Source: Mytilus edulis (Eukaryota). From it: DNA of 64,000 nucleotides. Positions 51,526 to 64,000 of the stretch are shown here, in pieces. The notes beneath the pieces are model-generated. The model searched no databases. It was not told where the DNA came from and saw only the letters and a program-made list of their open reading frames with translations. The position numbers were made by a program, and so were the translations under genes. The stretch covers positions 31,558,001 through 31,622,000 of the forward strand of contig NC_092349.1 of NCBI RefSeq assembly GCF_963676685.1. Direction: 5' to 3'. Every line of letters starts with the position of its first letter. The first letter of the stretch is position 1.

Positions 51526-52195
51526 ATGATTATAAAGAAACGCCAAAATCATGGAATTTAACAGAAGAAGAAAAAATAACGGACTTTGGAAAAAAGGGAG
51601 AGGGCTTAAAATAAATGTCCTGTCTCCATATTCTATGACTTTACGTACCTTTTCTGAAATTCTCCAGACATAAAATCTTTTACAAAAATTCATCCTACAA
51701 CAGTTTACATACTTTCAACCAAGCTCTAAATGCCCGCGATTTCGCGGGTGTGTTCTAATATTATAGTTATAAATGACATTTCTTTATGGATCAAAAGTAT
51801 TTCAAGTTTGTCATTTAATACATATTATATTTAAACTACTAAATTATTTTACATGTATGTCTTTATCTCTGATATATATACTTCTTTACTTCTTTATCTC
51901 TATATATATACAGTCATAGTTAATTACCGTGCACAAATGGTGCAGTATATGTTTTTAATCTTTAGAATTTTCAGCCTTTTGTCGTCAAATTGTGTGCATT
52001 TTTTTCTTAACCATGATAAAAAAATAACCTGATAAATTAAAGATTAAAACTCAATGCTCATTTATGAACGTGTCAGATATCTTTTATTTAAAGATAATAC
52101 TTGTTATATTTCGTTTCACCTTTGGTATGCCGTAATAATGGGAGATAATCAGGCGAACATACAGGATCATATGGGTAAACAAAGACGGAGTTCAA

Positions 52196-55100
52196 ATGGC
52201 AGAGTTTAAATTAGACACAGGACAAACTTTAGAAGAAGGTATATTTTTTATACATTAAATAATTTAAGCAACGTTTAAATAATACATAAAAGTAAGAGCT
52301 GTTTGCGTTATATATATATTTAGATTTCTTCAAGGTAAATTTTCAAATGAGACAAGTACGGAAAGCAACTTCTGACTTATAACATTTGATGCGACCTATT
52401 GCAAATTGGGATTTCTGCATTACTTCTTTCATCGGAAAAGTTCGTCAAATATGCTCTCCTTAGTTTATCGTGTTTATAACATCACATACCAGAAGCATGA
52501 AGTAGATTCGTGACGAGTTTTTGTGAAAGTCATTGTGTAGAATCATCTAGAAATAATGTTCATGATGTTTCCCTAACGACTTTAGTGCAAATTAACAATT
52601 ATAAATATTCAATTGTAAGAATATGTCATGCAATACAGTATCTCAGCGTTTTATTTCTTTGTTAAAGGCAGTGGTCATATTCTACTGAAAGACATGCCAA
52701 GAAATCCTCGCTTAAAATTCCGGTCGACCTCCTACGGCAGTCATTAGTAGCTAAAGATTTGATTTCATTCAAGAAATTAATTTATGACCTTCATGTACGT
52801 GTCGCTGAGAACACGGTCATATACCAAATGGTCAATATTAATCATCCATGTAATTTGCTCTATGGGGTGTTTGCAGAATTTCAACGGATGCAATTTCTTG
52901 GCATGATGCTCACAGCATGGGCGTTGTTAACCTGTTTAATAACGAGCGTTAAAATGTTACTACATGTTTTTCATCATTATCAGAATACATATACTCTTTA
53001 ATTGGTATAATAAGGATTGACCTATACTATGATTACATTATGGGGAAAAGTAAGTTAAGGTTCATCATAACAAATTGACAAATGTGGCCGAATTTTAACT
53101 AAAAAATTCACTAGTACTCTGTGTGCAGACTTACCTGTGCAATTTGGAAAGTATTAAGGTCTAGCATCCACTAGATATATAAAAGTTAAATGTATTTTGC
53201 ATATCAGAAAGATGAATTTTTTTTTGGATTTTATTGGGCATTTTTTTCACTTCCTGTAGAAGGTGTAAAAATAAACTAAGTTGGGATATAACTTTTAGAT
53301 GCTCCCTCTCAGGTAAAAACTGGTTTGTCTTGTATTGATTGTCCTTGATACATATTATATTTAAACTACTTGGCATGGACAATAGATATCTTCACATTTA
53401 TAGTGAGTTAATCTGAGTGGACAGTATCAAAGTAATCCAGGTGTTTGTTTATTTTTACATCTTCTGCAGTAGGGAAAAAAAATGCCCATCAAAATCCAAA
53501 AACGATTTCATCTTTTGGGAGCATAAAAAGCATTTAACTTTCATATATCTAGTGGATGCCAGGCCTTAAAACTTTCCAAACTTCACAGGTAAGTTTGTAC
53601 ACTGAGTAGTTTTAGAGGTGAAAATACGGCCATATTTGTCCATTTATTGTGATGAACCTTAAATACGACCAACGCAATTCGTTGTAATATTCTTCTCTCT
53701 TAAGAAGTCTTTTAATACTACACTTTTCCTTTCAGATAATCCACCAACATCTAACAAATATTGTGGTCCATGTGAAACCAGACTTGTGACGACAGCGCCA
53801 CAGTATTGGTGTAACTCTTGTGAAGAAGGTTTGTGTGCAGAATGTTTCGAGCACCACAAAGCCATTAAGGCATCTAGAAGTCACATAACTGTAGATTTTA
53901 CAAAATTCATGAAACTTAAACCGTTTATATCAACTATCGACACGGAATGTAAGATCCATGACCTTCCATTTGAACTTTATTGCCCTAATCATGAAGCGAC
54001 TTGCTGCTCCTTTTGTGCAACTATGGATCATTCTACATGTTTAGGATTAAAATCTCTACCAAATGTTGTGGCATCATTTAGGGAGTCAGAATATCTAAAT
54101 TGTCTGGACGAGAGATTTGATGTTTTAGTAAATAATATCGACAAAGTAATCGAAAATCGTGAAAGAAATAAAGAAAAAATTAGTAATCAGTCTAAAAAAA
54201 GTCGATCAGATATACAAATTTTAAGAAAAGAAATCAATAAGCATTTAGATAATTTAGAGAGCCAACTTGCTACACAGAGTGACATAATTATTGAAGACGC
54301 AAATGAAAAACTTGAGAATTTCCTGCAGAGGTTAAAAGAAAAGAAACGCAACGTGAATGTTCTTAGGAACAACTTCTCAGAATTGAATAAAGGTGGATCT
54401 AATCTACAAGTATTTATATCCAGCAAGATGATAGATAACACACTTTCCGAATTAGATGAGACGTTGAACTCCGCAATGACAGAAGATAATATGTCAGAAT
54501 TGAATTTAAAATTTACGTTAGACCCCTACCTGAAAGATACAATCACTCAGCTTTTAGAAGTTCGTCTTCAGAAGAACAAACCTACCGTTATATTAGACTC
54601 ATCCACAAAACTCACTTGTCAAATTGTTTCAGAGGATGTTTACAAGATGACTGCAGTTCACAAAAGTAGTTTTGATAAATCCGCGTTCAATGAAACATCA
54701 AATATTACTTGTATTACTTCTTTGCTACCAGACGGAAAATTAGTAGTTGCCGATTATGGCTCTTCTTCGATATTGGTATTCAGTACAGAAGGAAGCATTG
54801 TCAAAACTGTTAGGTTTAAAAAGTCATCCCGGCTTTTTGGAGTAACATACGTTGTCAAAGATCGTATAGCGGTTTCCTTTCCAAGTAGCGAAAAAATTAA
54901 AATATTAGATACAATGGAATACAAGGAGTTGAAAGAAATACAATTAAACAAACCATGCTGGGGTATACATTCTGTAGATGACCTGATATATGTAGCAATC
55001 AGAAGCACTGAAATTTTAGTTCTAAATTTAGCAGGCAAAATTGTCAAAACTATACAAGCAAATCAACAGAACTTGATTTATTTGTGTTTATTCGAAGACC

Positions 55101-55411
55101 TACATTTTCTTTCTGAAATTGAAGAGGGATGCGTATGTTGCTACAATTTCGCTGGTTGTAAATTGTGGCAGTTTAAAAATGAAACAACAACAGGCGCAAG
55201 AAACATGTGTGCCGACTCGCATGGAAATTTATTTGTGGCCTGTCAAAATTCTAATAGTGTTGTGTTGATTTCAAATGATGGTAAACAAAGCAAAGTGGTG
55301 GTGAATGTTTCGGAACCTAAGAGTGTCTATTTCGATACGAAAAATTCTACTTTATATGTTTGCAGTCTTCACGGTGATCACTTTTCCTCTTACAAAATAC
55401 TCAACCGATAA
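52196..55411 (+). CDS. RING-less TRIM-like protein: B-box1, B-box2, coiled coil, NHL-like propeller; predicted exons 52196-52238 and 53736-55411
   Basis: Large open exon after the cttttcctttcag acceptor with CGPC..WCNSCEEGLC, B-box2, coiled coil and propeller repeats. The upstream phase-1 exon MAEFKLDTGQTLEE (caaATGG context, AAG|gtata) is inferred with lower certainty. Confidence 0.88.
53059..53658. mobile_element. TTAA-flanked MITE with ~190-bp TIRs (Kolobok-type termini)
   Basis: TTAA at 53055-53058 and 53659-53662; GGTTCATCA.../...TGATGAACC with long inverted arms. Confidence 0.8.
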
Positions 55412-55490
55412 ACAATTACATGCACAAAAATACCCTTTTCGTGCTGTAAACCTCGGTCACTTTACCGGCTGTCTTCTTTAATGTACACTA

Positions 55491-56085
55491 CTGTAAACCG
55501 GGATATTTTCGCGCAGTCTTTTTTTCGCGGTTTACCAACATAATCTAGATTCGCGCCGTTTTGAATTCGCGCTGTCCCATACGGTGTCGTATATAATTGT
55601 TTTCAGAAATGATTTAGAAATGAATGATTTTAAACCAAGTGATGAAACCAATCAAATTCTTGCTTGTTTGTTCATAGTTTTTACTTTTATTCATGTTTTT
55701 TTGTAAAAACACAATCACATCAACAAAGAGGAATGATCCAATTAAAAGTGAATAAAATAATGACAAAATAACTGGTCATTAATTAATATTTTAATCTGAT
55801 TGATCAGTGCAGCAGATACAATTGGTAATTATTTTAAAACTGATTGGCAGGTGTCATTTTTATAACTGTAATAACATTTGTTTATTTAGCAATATCCGTA
55901 ATGTCATCTTGGATTAATTAGGATAATCATAATATAAAGTTTTGATATAGACATACGTTCATGTATGGACTTCATATTCGTTTCGAATTTCTTTGAAATA
56001 TTCGCGTTCGTTTTATTTTCGCGTTTCAACTGTTACCGCGAAAAAAGCGAAAATAAAACTGCCGCGAAAATTTCCCTGTTTACAG
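55491..56085. mobile_element. TA-flanked MITE (Tc1/mariner-type target) 80 bp after the TRIM stop codon
   Basis: TIRs ctgtaaac.ggga.attttcgcg; TA at 55489-55490 and 56086-56087. Confidence 0.8.
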
Positions 56086-56374
56086 TACTTATTTACCGTT
56101 GCTATTTGAACAACTTAGATACCTAAGATAACACATATTAGCCAATTAGAATGACCTGTCTGCAGTGCTGTATAATTGGTGACGCTCTTCATAAGTCATT
56201 GTGTTAGTGTTTCATGTACGCTTACTTTGTTAAAAAACATATATGCCAGGAATAATAATGAGTGTGGTAATATTATTCCCTCATGTTTGTCTACATTGCT
56301 GAACCGCTGTAACTGGTAGTCCTCCTGTACATTTCAAAGATGACGCGACCACTCATTATGCGAAGCATATAACG

Positions 56375-56529
56375 CAGGGGCGGATGCAGGAATTTTCGAA
56401 AGGGGGGGTGCTAACCCAGGGCAAAGGGGGGGGTGCAAAACATATGTCCTGATACAAATGCATTGATCGGCAAAAATAAAGGGGGGTGCGCACCCCCGGA
56501 ACCCCCCCCCCCCCCTGGATCCGCCACTG
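56375..56529. mobile_element. 155-bp hAT-like MITE with 5-bp TSD
   Basis: TIR CAG(G/T)GGCGGAT(G/C)CAGG; TAACG on both sides (56370-56374, 56530-56534). Confidence 0.8.
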
Positions 56530-57299
56530 TAACGACGAGGGAAATTTAGAAAGTCATGTAAAAACTACATCAAGCGTGAATGTGTCATTTCTTTCACCGT
56601 AATAAAGTGAATAACGTATTGTATAATTAACACTACTTCAGCCATGAATCCATCTTTTAGGAGTATTGTGAGAAAATATGCTACATTACTCTTGGCACTT
56701 CTCAACAACAGTTTCAAAATCCAATGACAAACAAACTCTGACAATTGGACAGAAACAAAAACAAATGTGAAACAAAATAATGTGAAAAAAATAATACTTG
56801 ATAACTGGCCTGGCAGTAAAGTCCTCAATCACTATGCCTTGTTTGCTGATTATAAAGAACATGGACAATGAGATTTTGTCTTACACAATACATAAAGGTA
56901 GTTTTAGTCATTGAAATAGACCAGTATCAAATGTAAATATCAGTAAAATAAAAGTTAAACGAACACTGTATTAATTGAATATCTTATGTCTGGTCATTGC
57001 TATCTACATGCAGTTGATAATTTCAGAGCAGTAAAATACCATGATAATTAATAGGTATAGGGACAGATGGACAGACAGACGAAAGGATATATAGAAAGAT
57101 ATTTCGGTTTCTAAGATTTTCGTTTGAAATCCGAAGTTAAACGATAAATTTTTCATAAACATGCTGTTGTATTTTTTTTTTATCGATTGCAGGTTCATGT
57201 CCTTATCAAATAATTTAAACATTTCCTAAAATGCAATTTTATGGAAATTGGTTGTTCCATTTTTTAGTATTTTTAGTATTTGTGCTAAAAGAAATGCAT

Positions 57300-60200
57300 T
57301 GCGTCAGCCTAAAAACACCTTTACAAATTTAACCAAACCTTAAACAGACTTATTCAGAAAGGATATAGTGACGATACTGTTGTCAGATAATTAGGAATTG
57401 CATATCTTGGTATTAATATTCATTCACTTATAGGATCTTTGCAACGGAAATAAACACATCTATTCCAAAACCAGTTATTGGCATGATACGGGTTATATTT
57501 TATGATGGTATGATACTAAACCCATTACGGGAGGGACTGTACTTGATTTTAATATGATGAAGATATAATATTTCAATCAGTTTAATTGAGGTCTGAGGCT
57601 GGCATGTCAGTAACTACAAGTAGTCCTTTGTTCATTTATGTATCATTGTCATTTTCCTTATTTTCTTTTGTTACCTATTCTGACATCGGCCTTTTTTTGA
57701 ACTGAGTTTTTCTGTGCGTATTGCTATGTGTGTCTTTATTCTATATTAGCTAGATGTATAGGGGAGGGTTGAGATCTCACAAAACATGTTTAATCCCGCC
57801 GCATTTTTGCGCCTGTCTCAAGTCAGGAGCCTCTGGCCTTTGTTAGTCTGATATGTTTTTTTTTTAATTATAGTTCATTCATATGTTTTGGAGTTTAGTG
57901 TGACGTCCATTTTCACTGAACTAGTACACATTTTATTTAGGAGTCATCTGAGGACCACCTCCGGTGCGGGGTTTTCTCGCTGCATTGAAGACTCATTGGT
58001 GGCCTTCGGTTGTTGTCTGCTCTTTGGTCGGGTTGTTGATTCTTTGAGATATTCCCCATATCCATTCTCAATTTAAGATTTATTTGATGTGTGTTTATGT
58101 TATCAATATAGCTTAATGCGTTATCGCAGAAACTTTTTTCGTTTTGGTCCATAGCATTCACATTAGACAGACCAAGATGAAAGGAGATGATTAACATGTT
58201 TAAGAACATAGTTTAACCCTACCATATACTATTTTTATAGTCCTAGTCAGCAGTCCTTCAATGGTTGTCGCTCTTTATATATAAATGTGTTCTTATTGAT
58301 ATTCTGTAAACTTCAAGTTTCAGGATAAATTTTTGATATAATTTATATATAATTTGTGTTTTGCAAAAGAAGTAGAATACTTCAATCTGATTTTCAACAT
58401 AATTAAAAAACAGGTGATTTCAAGTATTACGTATATTTTCTAATACTTCCATATGTAATGGACAATATTAACACTGGGCGTTTACTAATAAGCAATAAAT
58501 CTTTTATATACTCTTCAAATAATGGCCAACACATGGTTTACGCTTATGAAGATCCTCTCCTGATCCGAAGAAATCTTGTGTATGGTGATGTGTACTAATT
58601 GCTGTCTAGTTAAAATGTACACCATTGCTCCTTTAATTTATCATGGATTTTCAGTATAGATGAAGATTACAAATACACACCTAATGATGAGTTGTTGTCC
58701 GGATCTTTCGTCGATCTGTATCTTTCAATATAAGTCAGATTGATATGGACGTATAACTAAATATAAAAGCTTTCATACAGTTTAATAAATGTTCTTGTTA
58801 AAGCCAGGTTTAAATCAACATTTTCTCCATACGGAAATGCCTGTACCAAGTCAGAAATATAACAGTTGTTTTCCATTCGTTTATTTGTTTGAGCTTTTGA
58901 TTTTACCATTTGTACAGGGACTTTCCGTTTTGAATTATCCTTTCAGTTCGGTATTTTGGTTATTTTACTTTTTCAAACAAGCGTAAAAGGTTGTGGGTTT
59001 AAGAAAAAGTCGGTAAAGCACGACAATCGTTCATTTACTAAATGCTTTGCTTTATCTTTTCACGGATTTGAATATATGAATTGTTATTAGCTTTCAAGTT
59101 AGAGTTAATGAACATTATAGCCGTTTATGTTTTACTTCGACTTATTTCTTTTTACTTGCAACCATCTATTATTGTGTACCGCTATCTGTTGATTTCAAAC
59201 TTCCAGTGTCAATGTTAAGCATCGTGGCATTGAAGTGTCTTTTTTTATATTTTAAGTGCCTTTTTAATTCTCAAGTGGTGTGCATGGATTTGAGAATCTA
59301 ATTTCAGGTTGAAGTTATTGAAAATTGTAGCAAATGGTTGCGTCCATGCACTTTAAGTGTCGTTTTAACTTCACATAGATAGCTATTGGATTACGAAAAA
59401 TGTTCAATTCAACAACATACTATATTATGTAATCCCTTTTCAAATGTCACGTAACCAAAACTACCTTTTAAATTACTAAGCGAAATGACTGTAACAAATC
59501 GTTTCGTCAGTTTCCACAGGTAAGTGTGCGTTTACTAAAATTTGTAAACGTACTGTTGAAAAATTCATAAATTGAGCATTAACATTCGGTAAAACATGTA
59601 AAACTATGGTATAATTATTGATTGCATATAACTTAACATTGTCAAATGCAAGGTTGGAAAAATGTAGTTATGACCACTAATGGAGCTAGTTGATTATTTA
59701 TTATTATCGTCATATCTTGTTCTAGCCATTGAATTTTTTTACTACCTTTCTTGATGATGAATTACATTAAATATCATATCATCGCTTACCACCCTGGATA
59801 AGATATATTTTTTTCGAAATCTTATTCGAAAAAAATATATAACTGAAAAGTTACTTAATAATTGATATACAGGTATTTTGTCCTAAAGAGAGACTCTGAA
59901 GTAGAAAATGTATTTCATTCATTTTATTTTTCAAAAAATAAACAAGCAACACGATATACATAAATCAATTAGAAATGACATTTTAATATCACTAATTCTT
60001 TAATGAGAGTACACACGGGGAAATATCTAACCTGTTCAATTTAATTCATTTCATGTTGACATTCTATTAGATACTTATTTTATCCTTTTACTAGGAAAAA
60101 AAAAGAAAATATCACTTTAAAGAATTGTGCGTCCAAATGGCTTGTTATTGATTAACCTTCATTAGGAACGCACAAAGCCAAAATTTCGAAAGCTAAAAAT

Positions 60201-60985
60201 GTTTTAGTACCAAAACACGAAAACTATTTAACCAAGAAGGTTTTCATAGCAAAACCATCTAATAACTTTGCCTGAGAGAATTGGAACTGCAGTTTCTTAA
60301 TAATTTCTAATTTCATGAACGAACAATTTAAGAAATAGTCTAAAATGCATATTTTTTTTCATTAGTTGTTATTGGCTTTGAACTAGCTGTGTGTAACTGC
60401 GAGTAGTTTAAGATCTGTATTTAGTGTCTTTCTGTTGTGTTGATGTATAAGTACCCATCCACTTCTATTTTGTGTTTTTGTTAGATGTATTTCTATTTGT
60501 ATCCATCTGATGAGTTAAGCCTTTATCAACTGATTTTTTAGTTAGTTAGTGTTCTTATATTGTACTGTTACACCACTGTCCTAGGTTTGGGTAGTGTTGG
60601 CGCCTTTAATCGAGTTTAGCCCCGCCACAGTCTACATATGCCTGTCCAAAGTCAGGAGCCTGTATCTAAGTGACTGTTTTTGCTGTTTGTCATATTTGTT
60701 TTGTTTAGTGTCTTCTTTTTTTGTGCTGTTACACCACTGTTTCCGGTTGTGATGAGGGTTTTGGGCTGCCTGCCCCAAGTCAGGAGCCTGTAATTCTGTG
60801 GTTGTCGTTTGTTGCCGTGTAACATATTTGTTTTTCGATCAATATTTAGTAAATAAATTAGGCCGTTAGTTTTCTCGTTTAAACTATTTTAAATTGTCAT
60901 TTTGGGGCCTTTTATAGCTGATTGTGCGGTATGGTTTTCGAAGAGTTGTTTCTTTGCCAACCATACCACATCTTCTTATTTGTAT
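57300..60985 (+). repeat. Cluster of related SINE-like/retro-derived interspersed repeat fragments (~57300-58080, ~58790-58975, ~60360-60985)
   Basis: Recurrent gcctgt.ccaagtcagga.. core. Related pieces at ~8160-8430, ~9740-9820 and ~41480-41600; family not assigned. Confidence 0.5.
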
Positions 60986-61275
60986 ATGTTATAAATCATG
61001 CGGGTACAAAAACATTGACAACTGAGCTGATGACACCCTCCGGAACTAGTAGTCTCCCAGCAGCCTTTATGACATAATAGTGACACTTCAAATGACCTTT
61101 CTGAACCAAAGTATCCAAATAATATTAACCTATTCAGTTGTATGCAAAAATAACATAATTTTGAAATTCTTGAACAAGATTACTATTTTTGCAATTTCAG
61201 CGCCAAGTAACAGCTCTTATCATACTTCCTAATTTACAACAATATAGAGTATTACCAGATATCAGAAATAATAAG

Positions 61276-62089
61276 TACATGACTATGAAAAGCATTGGTA
61301 ATATAAGATATAAACAATCTAACTCACAGAACACACAGAATAATTATTAAAAATATGTACATGGCAATGTAAAGCATTAGTAATATAAGATACAAACTAT
61401 CTTATTCATAGAAAACACAGTATACTAATTAAAATATGTACATGGCTATGTAAAGCATTGATAATAAAAGATATAAACCATCTAACTCATAGAACACACA
61501 GTATACTAATTAAAAATAAGTACATGGCTATGTAAAGCATTGATAATAAAAGATATAAACAATCTAACTCATAGAACACACAGTATACTAATTAAAAATA
61601 AGTACATGGCTATGTAAAGCATTGATAATAAAAGATATAAACAATCTAACTCATAGAACACACAGTATACTAATTAAAAATAAGTACATGGCTATGTTAA
61701 GCATTGATAATAAAATATTTAAACAATCTAACTCATAGAACACACAGTATACTAATTAAAAATAAGTACATGGCTATGTAAAGCATTGATAATAAAAGAT
61801 ATAAACAATCTAACTCATAGAACACACAGTATACTAATTAAAAATAAGTACATGGCTATGTAAAGCATTGATAATAAAAGATATAAACAATCTAACTCAT
61901 AGAACACACAGTATACTAATTAAAAATAAGTACATGGCTATGTAAAGCATTGATAATAAAAGATATAAACAATCTAACTCATAGAACACGCAGTATACTA
62001 ATTAAAATATGTACATGGCTATGTAAAGCATTGATAATATAAGATACAAACTATAATCTAACTCATAGAACACACAGTATACTAATTAA
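61276..62089. repeat. 82-bp minisatellite, ~10 copies
   Basis: Unit gtacatggctatgtaaagcattgataataaaagatataaacaatctaactcatagaacacacagtatactaattaaaaataa; central copies are nearly identical and edge copies diverged. Confidence 0.95.
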
Positions 62090-62717
62090 TGATATGTTTT
62101 TTTTATAAATATAAGTTAATGAGATATGATTTTACATTTAACATGCTTCTTAACAACATTCATGTAACGTCTACAAATAATTATAATATTTTTAACAATC
62201 ATATAATAAAATAGAAATTATCAATAACAGATAAAATGAACCTATTGAAATAGTATTTTATGAATGTGAGATATGAATGGATCTGATTACTTTTCCATTT
62301 CCGTGAAAAGAAATCACATTAAAACAATCGATTTTTACATAATACGAAAGAATATAATGTAGTAATTCATGACACAAAATCACCATTTGCTCTCATTGAT
62401 AAATGCTTCCTTTCCTATTCTCCATTTCTTAACCATAACAAGGTATTTAATGTTCTCAAAACTCTAAACTTATTATTAGGTCAAGTCAGCCCCATGTCGA
62501 TCACAATACAACTGTGATGTAGTATTAGACATGTTACGAAAAGGTATATTCACGACGCTGAGGTTGACAAATTACACTTTAAATGTTGGGACCGTGTCAA
62601 AACACAAAAAAGATTACCTGTGTATACATTGAATATTATTAAACTGCATTAATTTGATCCTTTTGAAGGCAATTTCGTCTGGAACGAATATTCAATAACA
62701 TTTGTACGAGCCCTTAA

Positions 62718-63073
62718 GGTGGCTCGGGCCTATTCGAAGTTTTTATCAGAAGTGTCGTATTTTTTTGTTATCTTAATCTTTATAGAAAGTGAATCAAATT
62801 GGTCGAAAAAAAATAGGAGGTCCCGGACCATTTAAGCTCAAAATATTACTTTTACTCAGGTATGTGGGAGGGACCATTTTTCAATGAAATGATAGGGAAA
62901 ACAGAGGTGTTGACATATTTTTATCGGAATGTCAAAAAAACTCTCGGTAACACTTGGTCCAAAACTGTAATATAAAAAGCTTCAAAGAATAAGCAAATAA
63001 AAAATATAGGTCACCGACTAGAAACAAAAGTATTGTGTGTGAAATTTGCGCAGTCGAATAGTCCCAAACCACC
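62718..63073. mobile_element. Kolobok-type non-autonomous element
   Basis: TTAA flanks (62714-62717, 63074-63077); short TIRs GGTGG(C/T)T(C/T)GGG. Confidence 0.65.
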
Positions 63074-63259
63074 TTAATAGACCTTGCAAATAGCATTAAG
63101 TATTATTATAATCTGTTTTATACCTACTCGTTAATATATATGTAACGGTCATTTTTATATAGTTATGAATTTGTTTTTTCTTTATAAGAAGTTTGTAATT
63201 GATTGATCGTTGGTTTCTTAACATCCAGTTGCAAATATTTCATGCATGTTCAGAACTAT

Positions 63260-63990
63260 AAGAGGTTTTTGACACCAGAAACACTCTCGGAAATGTTAGG
63301 CGTAATTGGACATCCAATAAACCGTCTAATGATAGTAATTTTGTGTATGAGAAGCTACCCTTGCTATGTAATGCTGTCTTTACTCTTTGACATTTCTGTT
63401 CATGTTGTCAGTGCACCAATAAATGATTCTCATTCTTTGGGAAATTATATATGCCCCCAATATTATATGGTCATCCGAGGAAATTTGGCGCCAACTTCGC
63501 GTAGGTTGACATACATTACCCGCAGCGATAGCTGCAATCGACGGAACCTCTCGTGTCATTTATACAGACCACAGATGGAGCCTCAAGACAAATACTCCGG
63601 ACACAGACACAGACATTGCATTCATACAAAAGTGATTGTGGACAACAGAAATCATATAGGATTTATTCGAAGTGGTTTCCTAGGACACCAAAATGATATC
63701 CAACATAGTAATCTATTGCCTTCAATTGTACCAGAATTTTGATATCGCTCCTCTTTCCCCCCTACAGAAGCCATCTAAACACGAACAGAAAGATTAAAAT
63801 GTAAAAAAATGAATTTGTGTATAACAGAGTGTCGGGTATATGTCGAACACGCTATAAGGCGCTTACAAAACTTTCAGGGTCATTGAAAACTGATGGAGAC
63901 ACCCGAGAGACAAGATCAACTAGACTGTAGAGCTTTGTGCAGGATTAGTGGAGCGACAGATTAAACTTTTTCAGGAACTGTAACACAACA
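63260..63990 (+). pseudogene. PIF/Harbinger DDE transposase (HARBI1-like) remnant
   Basis: AIDGTS (off-frame), YRP...YSGHRHRHCIHTKVIVDN...SGFLGHQND and RVYVEHAI motifs, with frameshifts. Confidence 0.75.
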
Positions 63991-64000
63991 ATAAAACTAA

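Larger units (their letters stand above)
44416..51758 (+). mobile_element. Non-autonomous Helitron-like element split by the LTR element
   Basis: 5' TCTCTATATAATAAAG. 3' GC hairpin CCCGCGATTTCGCGGG (51733-51748) followed by CTAA|T (CTRR). Confidence 0.55.

Noticed and set aside
1-64000. Remaining short 60-100 aa ORFs; tRNA/rRNA genes
   Set aside because: Low-complexity AT-rich or antisense frames with no domain signal; no recognisable structural RNA gene.

Overview
AT-rich, repeat-dense eukaryotic DNA. The gene families and repeat types look like a bivalve mollusc, probably Mytilus-like (inference). No prokaryotic, rRNA, tRNA or true CRISPR features were found. Host genes: four RING-less B-box/coiled-coil/(NHL-like beta-propeller) TRIM-like paralogs (two apparently intact, one pseudogene, one truncated); an isolated CS-domain (USP19-like) exon; and a small three-exon secreted cysteine-rich WAP-variant gene missed by the ORF track. 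Mobile DNA includes a 5'-truncated L1/Tx1 LINE with a 15-bp TSD, interrupted by a Helentron-type (HINE) element. There is also a young-looking non-autonomous Gypsy-like LTR element (gag + protease, no RT/RH/IN) that appears nested in a Helitron-like element and is itself hit by a hAT element with a 5-bp TSD. Tc1, Harbinger and Kolobok-type elements, fold-back MITEs, and 46-bp and 82-bp minisatellites are also present. The most striking unexplained structure is an array of about 12 conserved 30-nt hairpins in the LTR element leader between the PBS and gag. The hairpins are separated by variable spacers and show compensatory and strand-specific G-U changes.
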